A DNA stretch of 64,000 bases from an uncultured Verrucomicrobiae bacterium (GCA_963769025.1 CAVYKI010000010.1:64001-128000), one strand, 5' to 3'. Shown: positions 1 through 10,119, counted from the stretch's first letter. The notes: generated by a model from the letters alone, not told the origin. A program made the numbers and translations.

Positions 1-70
1 ACGCTGCAAGCACGCCGGTGCGAAGCGTCGTGGCGCGGTCGAGCGGGGGATTTGACCGCCCAAAATGCGG

Positions 71-1022
71 TCAAATCCCCCGCCCCACCCTGCGCACCCG
101 GCGCGCGGCGCACAGTCCGAGCAAGGCAAACCCGACGAAAACCGTGCCCGGCTCCGGGACAGCCACGAGAGTCAGCGACTGGCCGTCGGCCGCCATGATG
201 GCGTTCATCTGATCGACGTAAGACGTGTAGGAGACGAACGCATCCACGCTCAGCGAAAGGCCGGAATCCACGCCGGAGTGCGTTCCGATCAAACCGTACA
301 AGCCGTCCAGATACCCGAGCGTCGGGCTGCCGGAGTCGCCGCCCTCCAGCAGCGTTTCCCCGGCACCGGCGCCCTGGGTGTAGACCAGCCCGATGTTGGT
401 TTTCGGACCGCCGAACGTGAACTCCGAGAAACCGTCCAGGCCGTTGGTCCCCATGCGCGCCGTGTGGCCGTAGTTGAAAAGCGACACGCCGTCATACTGG
501 TCAAAGCTCGACGGCATCGAGATGTCGGTCGCGCCCATGTAGAAAATCGGCATCGGGGTGACCGCGGAAGGCAGCGCTGCGACGAGGCGGCCAATGGTCA
601 GGTCCGAAGATTGCGCCCCGTCGCTGCCGAAGTATGTCAGCGTGTACGTGGAGGCGACCGTCGCCGAGTAGAGCGAATTGTCGGTGCCCGCGAACTGCAA
701 CGTGGCTGCCGATCCCGGGAAAGAAGTGCGACGCGCCGACAAAGTACAGCGGACTGACGAGCGTGATGCTTTGCGTGGGGTTGGCGGTCACCCAGCCGAT
801 GCCCGAGAGATCGAATGAAGCGCCGATGAAAGTCGGATTCGGCGCGGGCGCCCCGGGATACGTGCCGACCACGAAGCGATCGTAGATTCCGGTGACGTTG
901 TCCGGCCCCTCGCCGTTGATGAGGATGGCCCGCGCGGACGGCACCGTCGTGCCCGCGCAGAGCGCCATGACCAGGAACGCGGCGAACCAGCGGCGGGAGC
1001 GGATCGAGGTGCGGGGGAGCAT
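71..1022 (-). CDS. Secreted trypsin-like (S1) serine protease with C-terminal PEP-CTERM sorting signal; split by a frameshift near 703
   Basis: The N-terminal part is in ORF 501..1451 (ATG at 1022, signal peptide ending ...PSARA, His motif VGASH). The C-terminal part is in ORF 71..742 (Asp motif SDLTIGRL, Ser motif GDSGSP, then VPEP + hydrophobic helix + RRVRR). Removing one C from ggc-agc-c-acg joins the two frames. Confidence 0.8.
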
Positions 1023-1233
1023 CGCCCACTCATAACCGGGTTCTGAGCGTTCGCTACAAACGAAATGCCGTTCGCGACTCAGCATGGCCGACAGGGATCG
1101 CGACCGTTGACGTTTCAGCATCTCGTAGTGCCCGCAGCCGCGTTTGCCCAACCACAATTCCGTCACGCTTCTGTCGTCGAAAGCGCCGCTGGACGCTTGC
1201 GCAAATTTCCCGGAATCGGCAGGACGGAACGCG

Positions 1234-2313
1234 ATGCCCCGGCACTCACAGACCCTCGAAGCTTCGCCGCCCGCGCGCGGCCCCGGCTGGCGTGGGATCG
1301 CGGTGATGCTCGCCATCGTGCTGCTCGTCCCGGCGCTCATCGGGCAGGGAAATCTCACCAAGCGCCGGTTCGACACCGGCCCGACGGAGCGCCTCGCGAA
1401 GTCCCGGCCCGCCGGCGTGTTGTTCGGCGACTCCATGCTCGGCTCGCGCATCGATGCCGACGTGCTCAGCCGCGCCGCCGGAGCCCCGTGGGAAGTCCTC
1501 GCGTATCCCGGCAGCGGCTCCGCCTCGTGGTTTCTCGCGCTGAAAAATCACGTCGCCGTGCAGCCGCAGCCGCCGCAGTGGGCCGTCATCCTTTTCCGCG
1601 ACCGGCAGCTCACACTGCCGGGCTACAGCACCGAAGGCCGCTCGCGTCCGCGGCTGGAGGCGCTCATGCGCGGGCCGGAACCGGAGCTCGATGCCGTGCT
1701 CGCCGCCGCCAGCCCGAGGAAGACGAACTGGATGGAGCGCTTCGCAAAGGCCGCGTATCCGCTCCAGAAGCACCGCCTGGAGTGGCAGGAAAAAATCCGC
1801 GGCACCGCGCTCGACATCGCGGCACGCGGCGGGCCCGTCGAGCCAATCGCCATCGACGCGCTTCGCACGTTCGACGTCACTCGCCTGCGCTCGGACATGG
1901 GTGCCTTCGCGGATAACGATCAGAACGTCAGTTTTGCCCTCGATCCCGAGGGCCACGAGTTCCCCACGGCCGTCGGCAAGTCGCTTCTCCCGCACATCGT
2001 CGGACTCGCGCGCAGCCGCGGCATCCGGCTGCTTTTTTACCGCGTGAAACACCGCCCGCCGTCCGAAGGCGCGACCGTGCCCGACTCCCCCGGCCTGCAG
2101 GCATACCTGCGCGACCTCGGCGCGTGGCTCGCAAAAAACGGCGCGCTTTTCATCGACGAGAAGGAAGACAACGCAGTCGGCATCTCGTACTACGGCGGCG
2201 ATGACCACGTGCGTGCGGCGATGATGGCTCCCTACACGGAGCACTTCTGGTCGAAGGTGGGCCCGCTGCTGCGTGAGGCCGGCGCGGGCGCCGCAGGAGG
2301 AAAGGCGAAGTGA
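1234..2313 (+). CDS. Membrane-anchored SGNH-like protein (DltD/AlgJ-type partner of the MBOAT)
   Basis: N-terminal hydrophobic helix, block-I-like VLFGDSM, C-terminal GGDDH. Its stop overlaps the MBOAT start (GTGA). Start placed at ATG 1234. Confidence 0.65.
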   Translation: MPRHSQTLEASPPARGPGWRGIAVMLAIVLLVPALIGQGNLTKRRFDTGPTERLAKSRPAGVLFGDSMLGSRIDADVLSRAAGAPWEVLAYPGSGSASWFLALKNHVAVQPQPPQWAVILFRDRQLTLPGYSTEGRSRPRLEALMRGPEPELDAVLAAASPRKTNWMERFAKAAYPLQKHRLEWQEKIRGTALDIAARGGPVEPIAIDALRTFDVTRLRSDMGAFADNDQNVSFALDPEGHEFPTAVGKSLLPHIVGLARSRGIRLLFYRVKHRPPSEGATVPDSPGLQAYLRDLGAWLAKNGALFIDEKEDNAVGISYYGGDDHVRAAMMAPYTEHFWSKVGPLLREAGAGAAGGKAK

Positions 2314-3731
2314 GCTTCCACAGCCTCGAATTCGTCGTCTTCCTCACCGCCATCCTCGGCGTGTACTGGTCGCTGCCCAAGTCGCAGCGGAACCTCTTCC
2401 TCGTTCCCGCGAGCGTGTTTTTCTACGGCTTCCGCCACACGTGGTTTCTCATTCCCTTCGCCGTCACGACCATCGTGGACTACGTCATCGCGCTGTCCAT
2501 CGAGCGGAATCGCGATCACGGACGACGGCTCGTCGCTATCAGCGTCACATCAAATCTCGCGCTGCTTTGCTCGTTCAAATACTTCAACTTTTTCACCGAG
2601 AATGTCGCCGCACTTTTCGAGTGGCTGCATGTCCCGGTGAGCATGCCGGTGCTCAATGTCGTCCTGCCGGCGGGCATTTCCTTCTACACATTCCAGAGCA
2701 TCGGCTACGTCATCGACGTCTATCGCGGCGACGTGCGCGCGTGCCGGAATTTCCGCGACTACGCGCTCTTCGTGGCCTTCTTTCCCCAGCTCGTCGCCGG
2801 GCCGATCCAGCGCGCCGGGGAATTCATCGGCCAGATCCAGCGCGACCGCGGCCCGATCTCCCCGGCAATCGCCGCAGCCGCGTTCTCGCTGCTGATGTGG
2901 GGCTTTTTCAAAAAGCTCGTCATCGCCGACAACGTCGCCGTCACCGCCAACAAGGTCTTCGCGCTGCAGGCTCCCTCGTTTCCAGTGCTGTGGGCGGGAG
3001 CGTTCGCATTTTACATCCAGATCTACGCCGACTTCTCCGCGTACACGGACATCGCGCGCGCGGTCGCGCGGCTCCTCGGCTTCGAGCTGCGGGAAAATTT
3101 CAACCATCCCTACATCGCGCAATCGCCGTCCGACTTCTGGCGGCGCTGGCACATCTCGCTCTCCACGTGGATTCGCGACTACCTCTTCATCCCGCTCGGC
3201 GGCTCGCGCGGCAGCGCCGCGAAGAACGTGCGGAATCTCATCATCATCTTCTTCCTCACCGGCCTCTGGCACGGCGCGTCGTGGAATTTCATCCTGTGGG
3301 GCCTCTACTACGCCGTGCTCATGATCGTGTACCGCTTCGCCGCGATGACCGTGCCCGCGCGCATCAGCGGGATGCCCGGCGCGGCGGTGTTCCGCGTGGC
3401 CGTCATGTTCGTCCTCACCAATGTCGGCTGGCTCATCTTCCGCGAACACAGCATCGCCCAGATCGCGCGCGACCTCACCACCTCGCCCTTCGCCGCCAGC
3501 GCGAGCGAATGGAACGTCGGCATCTACCTCGTTGCGATGACCGCGCTCTACGCCATCCCGCTTGCGATCCACCTCGCGTGGGATCTGAAGATCCGCACCG
3601 CCGTCCTGCGCCGCGAATGGTCCCCCATAGCCGAAATCGCCGGCCGCACATTCGTCGCCACCGTCCTCCTCACGCTCATCATCCTGCTCAGCAGCGGCGA
3701 AGTGCGCGACTTCATCTACTTCCAGTTCTGA
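2310..3731 (+). CDS. MBOAT family O-acyltransferase (AlgI/DltB-like)
   Basis: Motifs LPAGISFYTFQ, FFPQLVAGPIQR, KKLVIAD, QIYADFSAY, FWRRWHISLSTW, GLWHGASW and C-terminal FIYFQF; multiple hydrophobic segments. Confidence 0.93.
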   Translation: MSFHSLEFVVFLTAILGVYWSLPKSQRNLFLVPASVFFYGFRHTWFLIPFAVTTIVDYVIALSIERNRDHGRRLVAISVTSNLALLCSFKYFNFFTENVAALFEWLHVPVSMPVLNVVLPAGISFYTFQSIGYVIDVYRGDVRACRNFRDYALFVAFFPQLVAGPIQRAGEFIGQIQRDRGPISPAIAAAAFSLLMWGFFKKLVIADNVAVTANKVFALQAPSFPVLWAGAFAFYIQIYADFSAYTDIARAVARLLGFELRENFNHPYIAQSPSDFWRRWHISLSTWIRDYLFIPLGGSRGSAAKNVRNLIIIFFLTGLWHGASWNFILWGLYYAVLMIVYRFAAMTVPARISGMPGAAVFRVAVMFVLTNVGWLIFREHSIAQIARDLTTSPFAASASEWNVGIYLVAMTALYAIPLAIHLAWDLKIRTAVLRREWSPIAEIAGRTFVATVLLTLIILLSSGEVRDFIYFQF

Positions 3732-4468
3732 GGAAGGCCCGCGTCGCGCGACGCTCGGACCGCACGCCTCACCGGACGCCGTCTAACACAAAATGGCGCG
3801 GGCACGAATGCCGAAGCACTCAACCCTTCGCTCGATTTCCATTCACCCGTTCCGTCGCGACAATCTCCAGTGCCGCCGCCAGCCACGCGCTCGATTCCTC
3901 GGGTGGTCCCGACGCTCCGGGAGCCTGCGCGCGGCTCGGTCGCGGGTGTCGCGGGACGCGAATTTCTCCGCCGCAATTCCGTCACCTCCTGCCGGAGAGT
4001 GGCGAGCTGGACGGTCAGCTCCGCGATCTGGCGATCCCGTTCGTCAAACTGCAGCGGCTTCGGCGCCCTCTCGGCGGCGAGCTCCGCGAGGACCCGGTTG
4101 AGTTCGCTTCGCAGCGCGTCGCGCTCCGCAGTCGCACGCGCGAGCATGGTGTCCATCACCGGCGAGCGGAGCACCTTGTTCGCCAGGGTGTGCCGCTCCT
4201 TGCGCATGGCGACGATGCCGTCCTGCATGTGCCCGAGATGAGTCCTCGATTGTTCGAGCAGGAACTTCAGGTGCATCAGCTCCTTGGATTTCCCGGCCAG
4301 TTGATTTTCCAAGGTCGCCGCGAGTTCCTTCGCCTGCCGCAAATCCTCCTGGACCGCGTCGTGATCGTCCTGCAGCGCGATGCTCAGGCTTCGATCGATT
4401 AACTGGGCATCGGCAGCAGGAGATTTTCCATCAGGCTGCTGCGGAGAAGAATTCGTGGGCTGATTCAT
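3716..4468 (-). CDS. Hypothetical coiled-coil protein; the true C-terminus may be frameshifted (alternative stop at 3820)
   Basis: Heptad-like L/E/Q/R-rich helices over about 150 aa and an upstream sigma54-like promoter. The last ~60 aa look non-coding and overlap the MBOAT stop. Confidence 0.6.
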   Translation of the reverse strand: MNQPTNSSPQQPDGKSPAADAQLIDRSLSIALQDDHDAVQEDLRQAKELAATLENQLAGKSKELMHLKFLLEQSRTHLGHMQDGIVAMRKERHTLANKVLRSPVMDTMLARATAERDALRSELNRVLAELAAERAPKPLQFDERDRQIAELTVQLATLRQEVTELRRRNSRPATPATEPRAGSRSVGTTRGIERVAGGGTGDCRDGTGEWKSSEGLSASAFVPAPFCVRRRPVRRAVRASRDAGLPQNWK

Positions 4469-4512
4469 GGCGTGTGCGGGTTTCGGGTCACTGGGGCTCT
4501 CAGAAATGGAAA

Positions 4513-4528
4513 AGCAATCAGCATGCCC
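4513..4528 (-). promoter_or_regulatory. Putative sigma54 (-24/-12) promoter of the coiled-coil gene
   Basis: The minus strand reads GGGCATG-CTGA-TTGCT, with exact GG-N10-GC spacing, about 45 bp upstream of ATG 4468. Confidence 0.55.
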
Positions 4529-4654
4529 AGACCATGCCGGTCCGTTGAAAGCCTGCTCCAGCCGTGGTTCCGAGCCACCCGTCGGAGGTTCCGCGCCGTG
4601 TCCTGCGCGACGTGGACACCGGGCCAGCCGGGCACGCCAGTCACGCGCCTGCGT

Positions 4655-5140
4655 TCACGCCATTCCGGCTGCCCGTCCGAGCTTCGGGAAAAACTCCTCC
4701 GCCACCATGTATCCCACGCATGTCGCCGCGCCGCACAGGCAAGGGTGCTCCTCGTAGTTCTCCAGGTCGTAGCTGTAGTTGAAGGTGATTTCCTCACCCG
4801 GCCCGATGTCGCGGAGCGCCATGATCCAGATCTGGTCGCCAAATATTTCCGCCTCCGCGTTCGGCTCGCAACTGTGGTTCAGGAACCTCGCCGGATTCCA
4901 CTCCACATTCCCGTCCACATCGCACTCGTCATCCAAGCTGAAGATGAAGGGGTTGTCCGCCGCGATGCGCTTCGCCGCCTCCGCCTTGGTGATTTTCTCG
5001 CCGACGTACTCGATGAGCGCCGTGCCCTTCCGGATCCTGCCCCGGGCAAACCCGCCCATCCCGTGAATTCCCGAATCCCTGAACTCGATCCGCTCTTTCG
5101 TTTGTGCGGGGGGCTTCCCCGCTGATGTCTTCCTGGCCAT
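4655..5140 (-). CDS. SET domain protein-lysine methyltransferase with post-SET Cys motif
   Basis: SGIHGMG, IEYVGE, ARFLNHSCEPN, GEEITFNY and CLCGAATC. Confidence 0.92.
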   Translation of the reverse strand: MARKTSAGKPPAQTKERIEFRDSGIHGMGGFARGRIRKGTALIEYVGEKITKAEAAKRIAADNPFIFSLDDECDVDGNVEWNPARFLNHSCEPNAEAEIFGDQIWIMALRDIGPGEEITFNYSYDLENYEEHPCLCGAATCVGYMVAEEFFPKLGRAAGMA

Positions 5141-5217
5141 AGGTCTTGGTCTGCAATGCTCGCGCGTTTCGCGCCCCTGCGCTATGCCCGGAACCCGCCG
5201 CAGCGTCAACGCGTTCA

Positions 5218-6363
5218 TCAACGGAGTCCGCCGCCTTCGCGCGCATCCCAATCCAAAACCTTGAACGTGAGACCCAATTCGCGTTCGAGTTCAGCGATGT
5301 CGCGGCGCTCGTTCGGTTCGATGAGGCAAATCGAGAAGCCCTTCTTGCCGGCTCTCGCGGTGCGTCCGGCGCGATGGGTGTAGTATTGCAGATTCTCGGG
5401 CAACTGACGGTGGATCACGAAGGACAACCCTTCCACGTCGATGCCCCGCGCGGCGACGTCGGTCGCGACCAGGAAGCGGGTGCGTTCCTTTTTGAAAGCC
5501 CGCATCACCTTGTCCCGATCCTTCTGGCTCAGGTCGCCCTGCAGCACGTCGAGCGGGATTCCGCGCTTGTTCAGCTCTTTGCCCAAGACAACCGCCCCGG
5601 CGCGCGTGCGGCAGAAAATCATCCCGCGCTCCGTCCTTTGCGCCAGCAGAAAGTCCGCGATCCAGTCGTCCTTGTCGTCGCGCTGGCAGATCACATAGCG
5701 GTGCGAGATGTTGCGGTTCACGACCTGCGCCTTCGCGACCTTGATGACCCTCGGGTCAGGCGGCATGCAGTCCGCGATGAGTCGCTGGATCTTCTCGGGA
5801 AACGTCGCCGAAAACAGCCACGTGCTGCGTCGGGATGACGTCAGCTCGGCAACCCGGACGACCTCGTTGCGGAACCCCATGCTCAGCATTTCGTCCGCTT
5901 CGTCGAGCACGAGATGCTTCACGGTGTCGAGCTTGAGAGCGCCGAGTTTCAGCAAATCAAAGAGCCGGCCCGGCGTCGCCACGACGATGTGCGTCGGGCG
6001 TTGCAGTCGCTGGACTTGCACGTCGATTTTGTCGCCGCCACCGGTGACTTCGACGAAGATCTTCTTCTGCGAAAACTTGGTGTATTGAAACAGGTGCTTG
6101 CCGATTTGTTTGGCGAGTTCACGCGTCGGAGAGAGGACGAGGCCCTGCAAGGTCGGGTCGTCGGGATTGATCTTCGTGAGCAGCGGCAGGCCAAACGCCG
6201 CCGTCTTGCCGGTCCCGGTCTGCGCCTGCGCGACGAGGTTCCCGCCGTCCTGGATGAGGAAGGGAATGGCGTTTTCCTGAATGGGGGTGGGAGTGGAGAT
6301 GCCGAGCGCGTCGAGACCAAGAACCAGATCCGCCGGAACGCCGAGTTTTGAAAAGTGTGACAT
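5218..6363 (-). CDS. DEAD-box ATP-dependent RNA helicase (core only, 381 aa)
   Basis: Q motif PTPIQ, AQTGTGKT, PTRELA, TPGR, DEAD, SAT, ARGID and HRAGRTAR. Confidence 0.95.
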   Translation of the reverse strand: MSHFSKLGVPADLVLGLDALGISTPTPIQENAIPFLIQDGGNLVAQAQTGTGKTAAFGLPLLTKINPDDPTLQGLVLSPTRELAKQIGKHLFQYTKFSQKKIFVEVTGGGDKIDVQVQRLQRPTHIVVATPGRLFDLLKLGALKLDTVKHLVLDEADEMLSMGFRNEVVRVAELTSSRRSTWLFSATFPEKIQRLIADCMPPDPRVIKVAKAQVVNRNISHRYVICQRDDKDDWIADFLLAQRTERGMIFCRTRAGAVVLGKELNKRGIPLDVLQGDLSQKDRDKVMRAFKKERTRFLVATDVAARGIDVEGLSFVIHRQLPENLQYYTHRAGRTARAGKKGFSICLIEPNERRDIAELERELGLTFKVLDWDAREGGGLR

Positions 6364-6528
6364 TGTTTAGGAAAGGTTTTTCCGGACGGCGAATCGCCTC
6401 CGGCAGCAAAGAACCTCGCACAGTGCATGCGCCTGCTCGATTGACGAGAAGCGAATCACAAATGGGAGCTGCTGCCGAGCTTCGCGTTGGCAATGCCTCG
6501 CGCTGAGCCATAGCGTGGGCCTCACTTC

Positions 6529-9070
6529 ATGCCTGCCGCCACCGCGCTCCCGATCTGGAAAATCCACGCAGACATCTTGCGCACTCTGCAAGCCGGCAAT
6601 CGCCTGGTGCTCGTCGCGCCCACGGGCTCGGGCAAGACCACGCAGGTGCCGCAGATGCTGCTCGATGCGGGGATCGCGGGCGACAAGATGATCGTGGTGC
6701 TGCAACCCCGGCGCGTCGCCGCCCGCACCGTGGCCACCCGCGTCGCCTGGGAACGCGGGGGCAAGCTCGGCGCGGAGGTCGGCTATCAGATCCGGTTCGA
6801 CGATCACACCAGCGTCGGCACCCGCATCTGCTTTGTCACCGAAGGCATCCTGCTGCGCTGGCTCCAGGATGATCGCACGCTGGCCAACATCGGTGCCGTG
6901 ATCTTCGATGAGTTCCACGAGCGGAACTTGCTCAGCGATGTCGCCCTCGCGTTGGTGAAGCACTTGCAGCAGACCCAGCGCCCCGATCTGGTCATGCTGG
7001 TGATGTCCGCCACGCTCGATGCCGAGCCGGTCGCCGCGTATTTGGACCAGTGCCCGATCCTCATTTCCGAAGGGCAAAGCTATCCTGTGGAAGTGGGCTA
7101 TCTCTCGCTTCCGGATCAGCGCCCGATCACCGCGCAGGCGGCGGAGGCGGTCGAGCGCATCATCAACGAAGAGGCGCCCGGCGACATCCTCGTCTTCATG
7201 CCGGGGCGCGGCGAGATCAACGGCACCCTCGACGCGCTGCGCGGCCTGAGAACGCGGGAGCGCGTGGCCTGCATTCCTTTGCACGGCGAACTCGAACCGC
7301 AGGAGCAGGACCGCGCCTTCGCTCCGAACGCGCTGCGCAAAGTGATCGTCGCCACCAACGTCGCCGAGACCAGCATCACCATCGACGGCATCCGCCACGT
7401 CGTGGACAGCGGCGTCGCCCGCGTGGCCCGCTACGATGCGGAACGCGGCATCGGCACCCTCCTGCTCGAGCCCATCAGCCGGGCCAGTGCGGACCAGCGC
7501 AAAGGCCGCGCCGGCCGCACCGCGCCCGGCACCTGTCATCGCCTGTGGACCGCGATCGGCCACAAGAGCCGCGAGGAGCGCAACACGCCGGAGATCCAGC
7601 GCAGCGATCTCGCCGAGGTCGTGCTGCTGCTGCACTCGCTCGGCATCCGGGAAGCCGCCACCTTTGACTGGCTGGACAAACCCGATCCGCAGGCCGTGGA
7701 ACGCGCCGAGCGCCTGCTCACCATGCTCGGTGCCTTGCTCGATGCGGACCTCACCGCCATCGGCCGCCAGATGCTGCGCCTGCCCATGCACCCGCGCTAC
7801 TCGCGCATGTTGATCGAGGCCAGCCAGCGCGGCTGCGTGCCCGATGCCGCCTTGTGCGCCGCGCTGGTCAGCGGCCGCGATTTGCTCGCACGCCTGGATC
7901 GCGATGATGCGCAGACCAAAGCCGCGCGCGAGATGTTCGAAGACAGCGCGGACTCCGATTTCATCACGCTGATGCGCGCCTACGACTTCGCCAAAGTCGA
8001 ACGGCTTCAGCTTCGATCGCTGTCGCAGCTACGGCATCAACGCCCAGGTCGCCCGGCAGGTGGAGCAGACCTGCCAGCAGATCCTGCAAGCCGCCCACCA
8101 GCAGCGCCTGTACGACCGCGGGGCCAAGCCCACCGGCGCGGCAAAAGGCGACGAAGCCCTGATGCGTTGCCTCATGGCCGGCTTCGTCGATCAGCTCGCG
8201 AAACGACGCGAACCCGGCAAGCCCGCGTGCGACCTCACCGAGCAACGTGCAGGCCAGCTCGTGCGCGAAAGCGTGGTGCAGGACGCCCCGTTTTTCGTCG
8301 CCGCGAACATGCGCGATACGCCATCGGGGCAGACCCTGCTCAGCCTCGCCACCGCCGTGCAGCCTGCGTGGATTGCCGAGATGTTTCCCCAGCATCTGAG
8401 CACCACCGTGGAGCACCTCTTTGATGCCCAGAACAAGCGCGTCGCCGCGATGAAACTCGTGCGCTATCGGGATCTCGTCATCGAGCAGAAAGCGCAGCAG
8501 CGCGACCTCGATCCCGTCGCCAGCGGACGCTGCCTCGCCGAAGCCCACCGCGCCGGAGCCTTTGATCTGCCGCTGATGGATCATCGCGTGAAACAGTTCA
8601 TCGCCCGTGTGGACCTCGTCCACGCCACGATGCCCGAACTGGAGTTTGCCCGCTTCGATGCGGACGCCATCACCGCCTGCCTCGCCCGCGCCTTCACCGG
8701 CCTCTCGCTGGTGAAGGAGGCCCAGGCCGCGCCGCTCATCGCCGCGTTCCATCAGCATCTTGGCAGCAGGGCAGGTCAGTTGGCTGGATGAGTTGGTGCC
8801 ACTCTCCATCCCTCTGGCCCGACAGCCGCACCACGAAAGTCTCCTACCTGAATGAGTCGCCGGAAGCACAGGTGAAGCTGCAGGAGTGCTTCGATCTCGA
8901 AAGAACATCCCAGCCTCTGCGAAGGCCGCCTGCCTGTGCTCCTCATGCCTCTGCACTCCTGATGGCAAACGCCTAGCCACCACCACCGACTGGCCTGCCT
9001 TCCGGTCCGCGAATGGCCGAAGCATCGCCAGGCCGTGGCGAAGAAGTTCCCCAGCGTCCTGTGGCGCTGA
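6529..9070 (+). CDS. hrpB: HrpB-like DExH ATP-dependent RNA helicase; interrupted by a frameshift near 7995 and several more in 8760-9015
   Basis: APTGSGKTT, QPRRVAA, DEFHER, MSATL, TNVAETSITI, QRKGRAGR and LPMHPR. HrpB-like C-terminal fragments (VKLQECF, LCEGRLPV, TTDWPAF, KKFP..W) continue across shifting frames to TGA at 9070. Confidence 0.85.
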
Positions 9071-9098
9071 CCCCCAGCCTTGTCGCGAGTGCGGAGGG

Positions 9099-9170
9099 AG
9101 GCGGGGGCGGGAATCGAACCCGCGAATGGGGGTTTTGCAGACCCCGGCCTTACCACTTGGCTACCCCGCC
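9099..9170 (-). tRNA. tRNA-Cys (GCA); CCA not encoded
   Basis: Acceptor stem GGCGGGG/CCCCGCC, anticodon loop CTGCAAA, T-loop GTTCGATTC, U discriminator. Confidence 0.95.
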
Positions 9171-9186
9171 GCGAAATGAGGGCGGA

Positions 9187-9215
9187 CTAGTAGTGAAACG
9201 GTGCGCAGTCGTCAA
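9187..9215 (-). promoter_or_regulatory. Putative sigma70 promoter of tRNA-Cys
   Basis: TTGACG-17 bp-TACTAG on the minus strand, 16 bp before the tRNA 5' end. Confidence 0.5.
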
Positions 9216-9232
9216 CGGACAATCGTACGGAT

Positions 9233-9931
9233 TCAGTTCACCAGCAGGATCGGCGCGGGAACGAGTCGGATCGGCGCCGCGAGCTCAGTCGTGCCTTCGG
9301 TCTGCTCGAGCGAGGAGACGAGGCTGTTTTCGAAGGTGACGGACAACTTTCCCGCCGGCACTTTCACATAGACGACCGAGATGACGGGCCGACCCTGCGG
9401 ATCGAAGACCGTGTTCTCCTGCGGGATGCGCGCGTAGCGGATGAACTCCCAGACTTCCTGCCGTCCGTTGGCGTCGAGCTTGGAGCTTTTCTTCTGCGGT
9501 TTGCCGAGCGCGCTCATGACTTCGTCGTGCGTCATGTTCAGCGCGACCTCGCCTTTTGCGATGAGCGCGTCCACGTCGGCCTTGCGCTGGGCGTTCTTTT
9601 TCACGCTCTCGATGAATTCGGGCTTCATCGGAGTGAGGCCCGCGGCCGGCACCCATCCGACGACGCCGCCCTGCTGCGCCGTGCCGCGGACGCGGATGGC
9701 GGTGTCGGAAATGGCGACGACCTCAGCAGCGCTTCCCCGGCGAAGGACGCCCAGGTAGCGGCCATTCGTGAGCTGACTGTAAACGGCGGCCTCGCCGATC
9801 ACGGTGAGCCTGACGGGCTTGATGGAGAGGTCTTCGAGGTAGATGGCGCCCGTTTCGCGCGGCAGCGCGCTGACTGCAAAGGCGGAGGCTGTGAGCAGGG
9901 CAAGGCCAAGGGCGAGGAAGGGGGCTTTCAC
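9233..9931 (-). CDS. Exported hypothetical protein (SH3b-like segment plus SmpA/BamE-like segment)
   Basis: Signal peptide (...ASAFA), RVRG...VVGWV, and MTHDEVMSALGKP...EVWEF. Confidence 0.7.
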   Translation of the reverse strand: MKAPFLALGLALLTASAFAVSALPRETGAIYLEDLSIKPVRLTVIGEAAVYSQLTNGRYLGVLRRGSAAEVVAISDTAIRVRGTAQQGGVVGWVPAAGLTPMKPEFIESVKKNAQRKADVDALIAKGEVALNMTHDEVMSALGKPQKKSSKLDANGRQEVWEFIRYARIPQENTVFDPQGRPVISVVYVKVPAGKLSVTFENSLVSSLEQTEGTTELAAPIRLVPAPILLVN

Positions 9932-10119
9932 GCGATCAAAGTTAGGCGGGTTTGGCGGCGCGGAAAGGTGATTTATTCATGGGAACCCGCGCGATGCTGC
10001 TTCGTCCCGCACCGCACGCCGCCGTACGGTCCGGGGAAGTTCCGCGGCACGTCGCACTTATTACGCACACACACTATTTCGTTGCCAGCGCACACTCTCT
10101 CGCCGAAAGTCCCGCCGTC

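Noticed and set aside
2273..4402. 709-aa Arg/Pro-rich ORF overlapping the MBOAT
   Set aside because: Off-frame GC-rich translation; the MBOAT frame carries all the conserved motifs.
7985..8005. Programmed ribosomal frameshifting in hrpB or the other split genes
   Set aside because: No canonical slippery heptamer or stimulatory structure, and the same one-base excess appears in unrelated genes.
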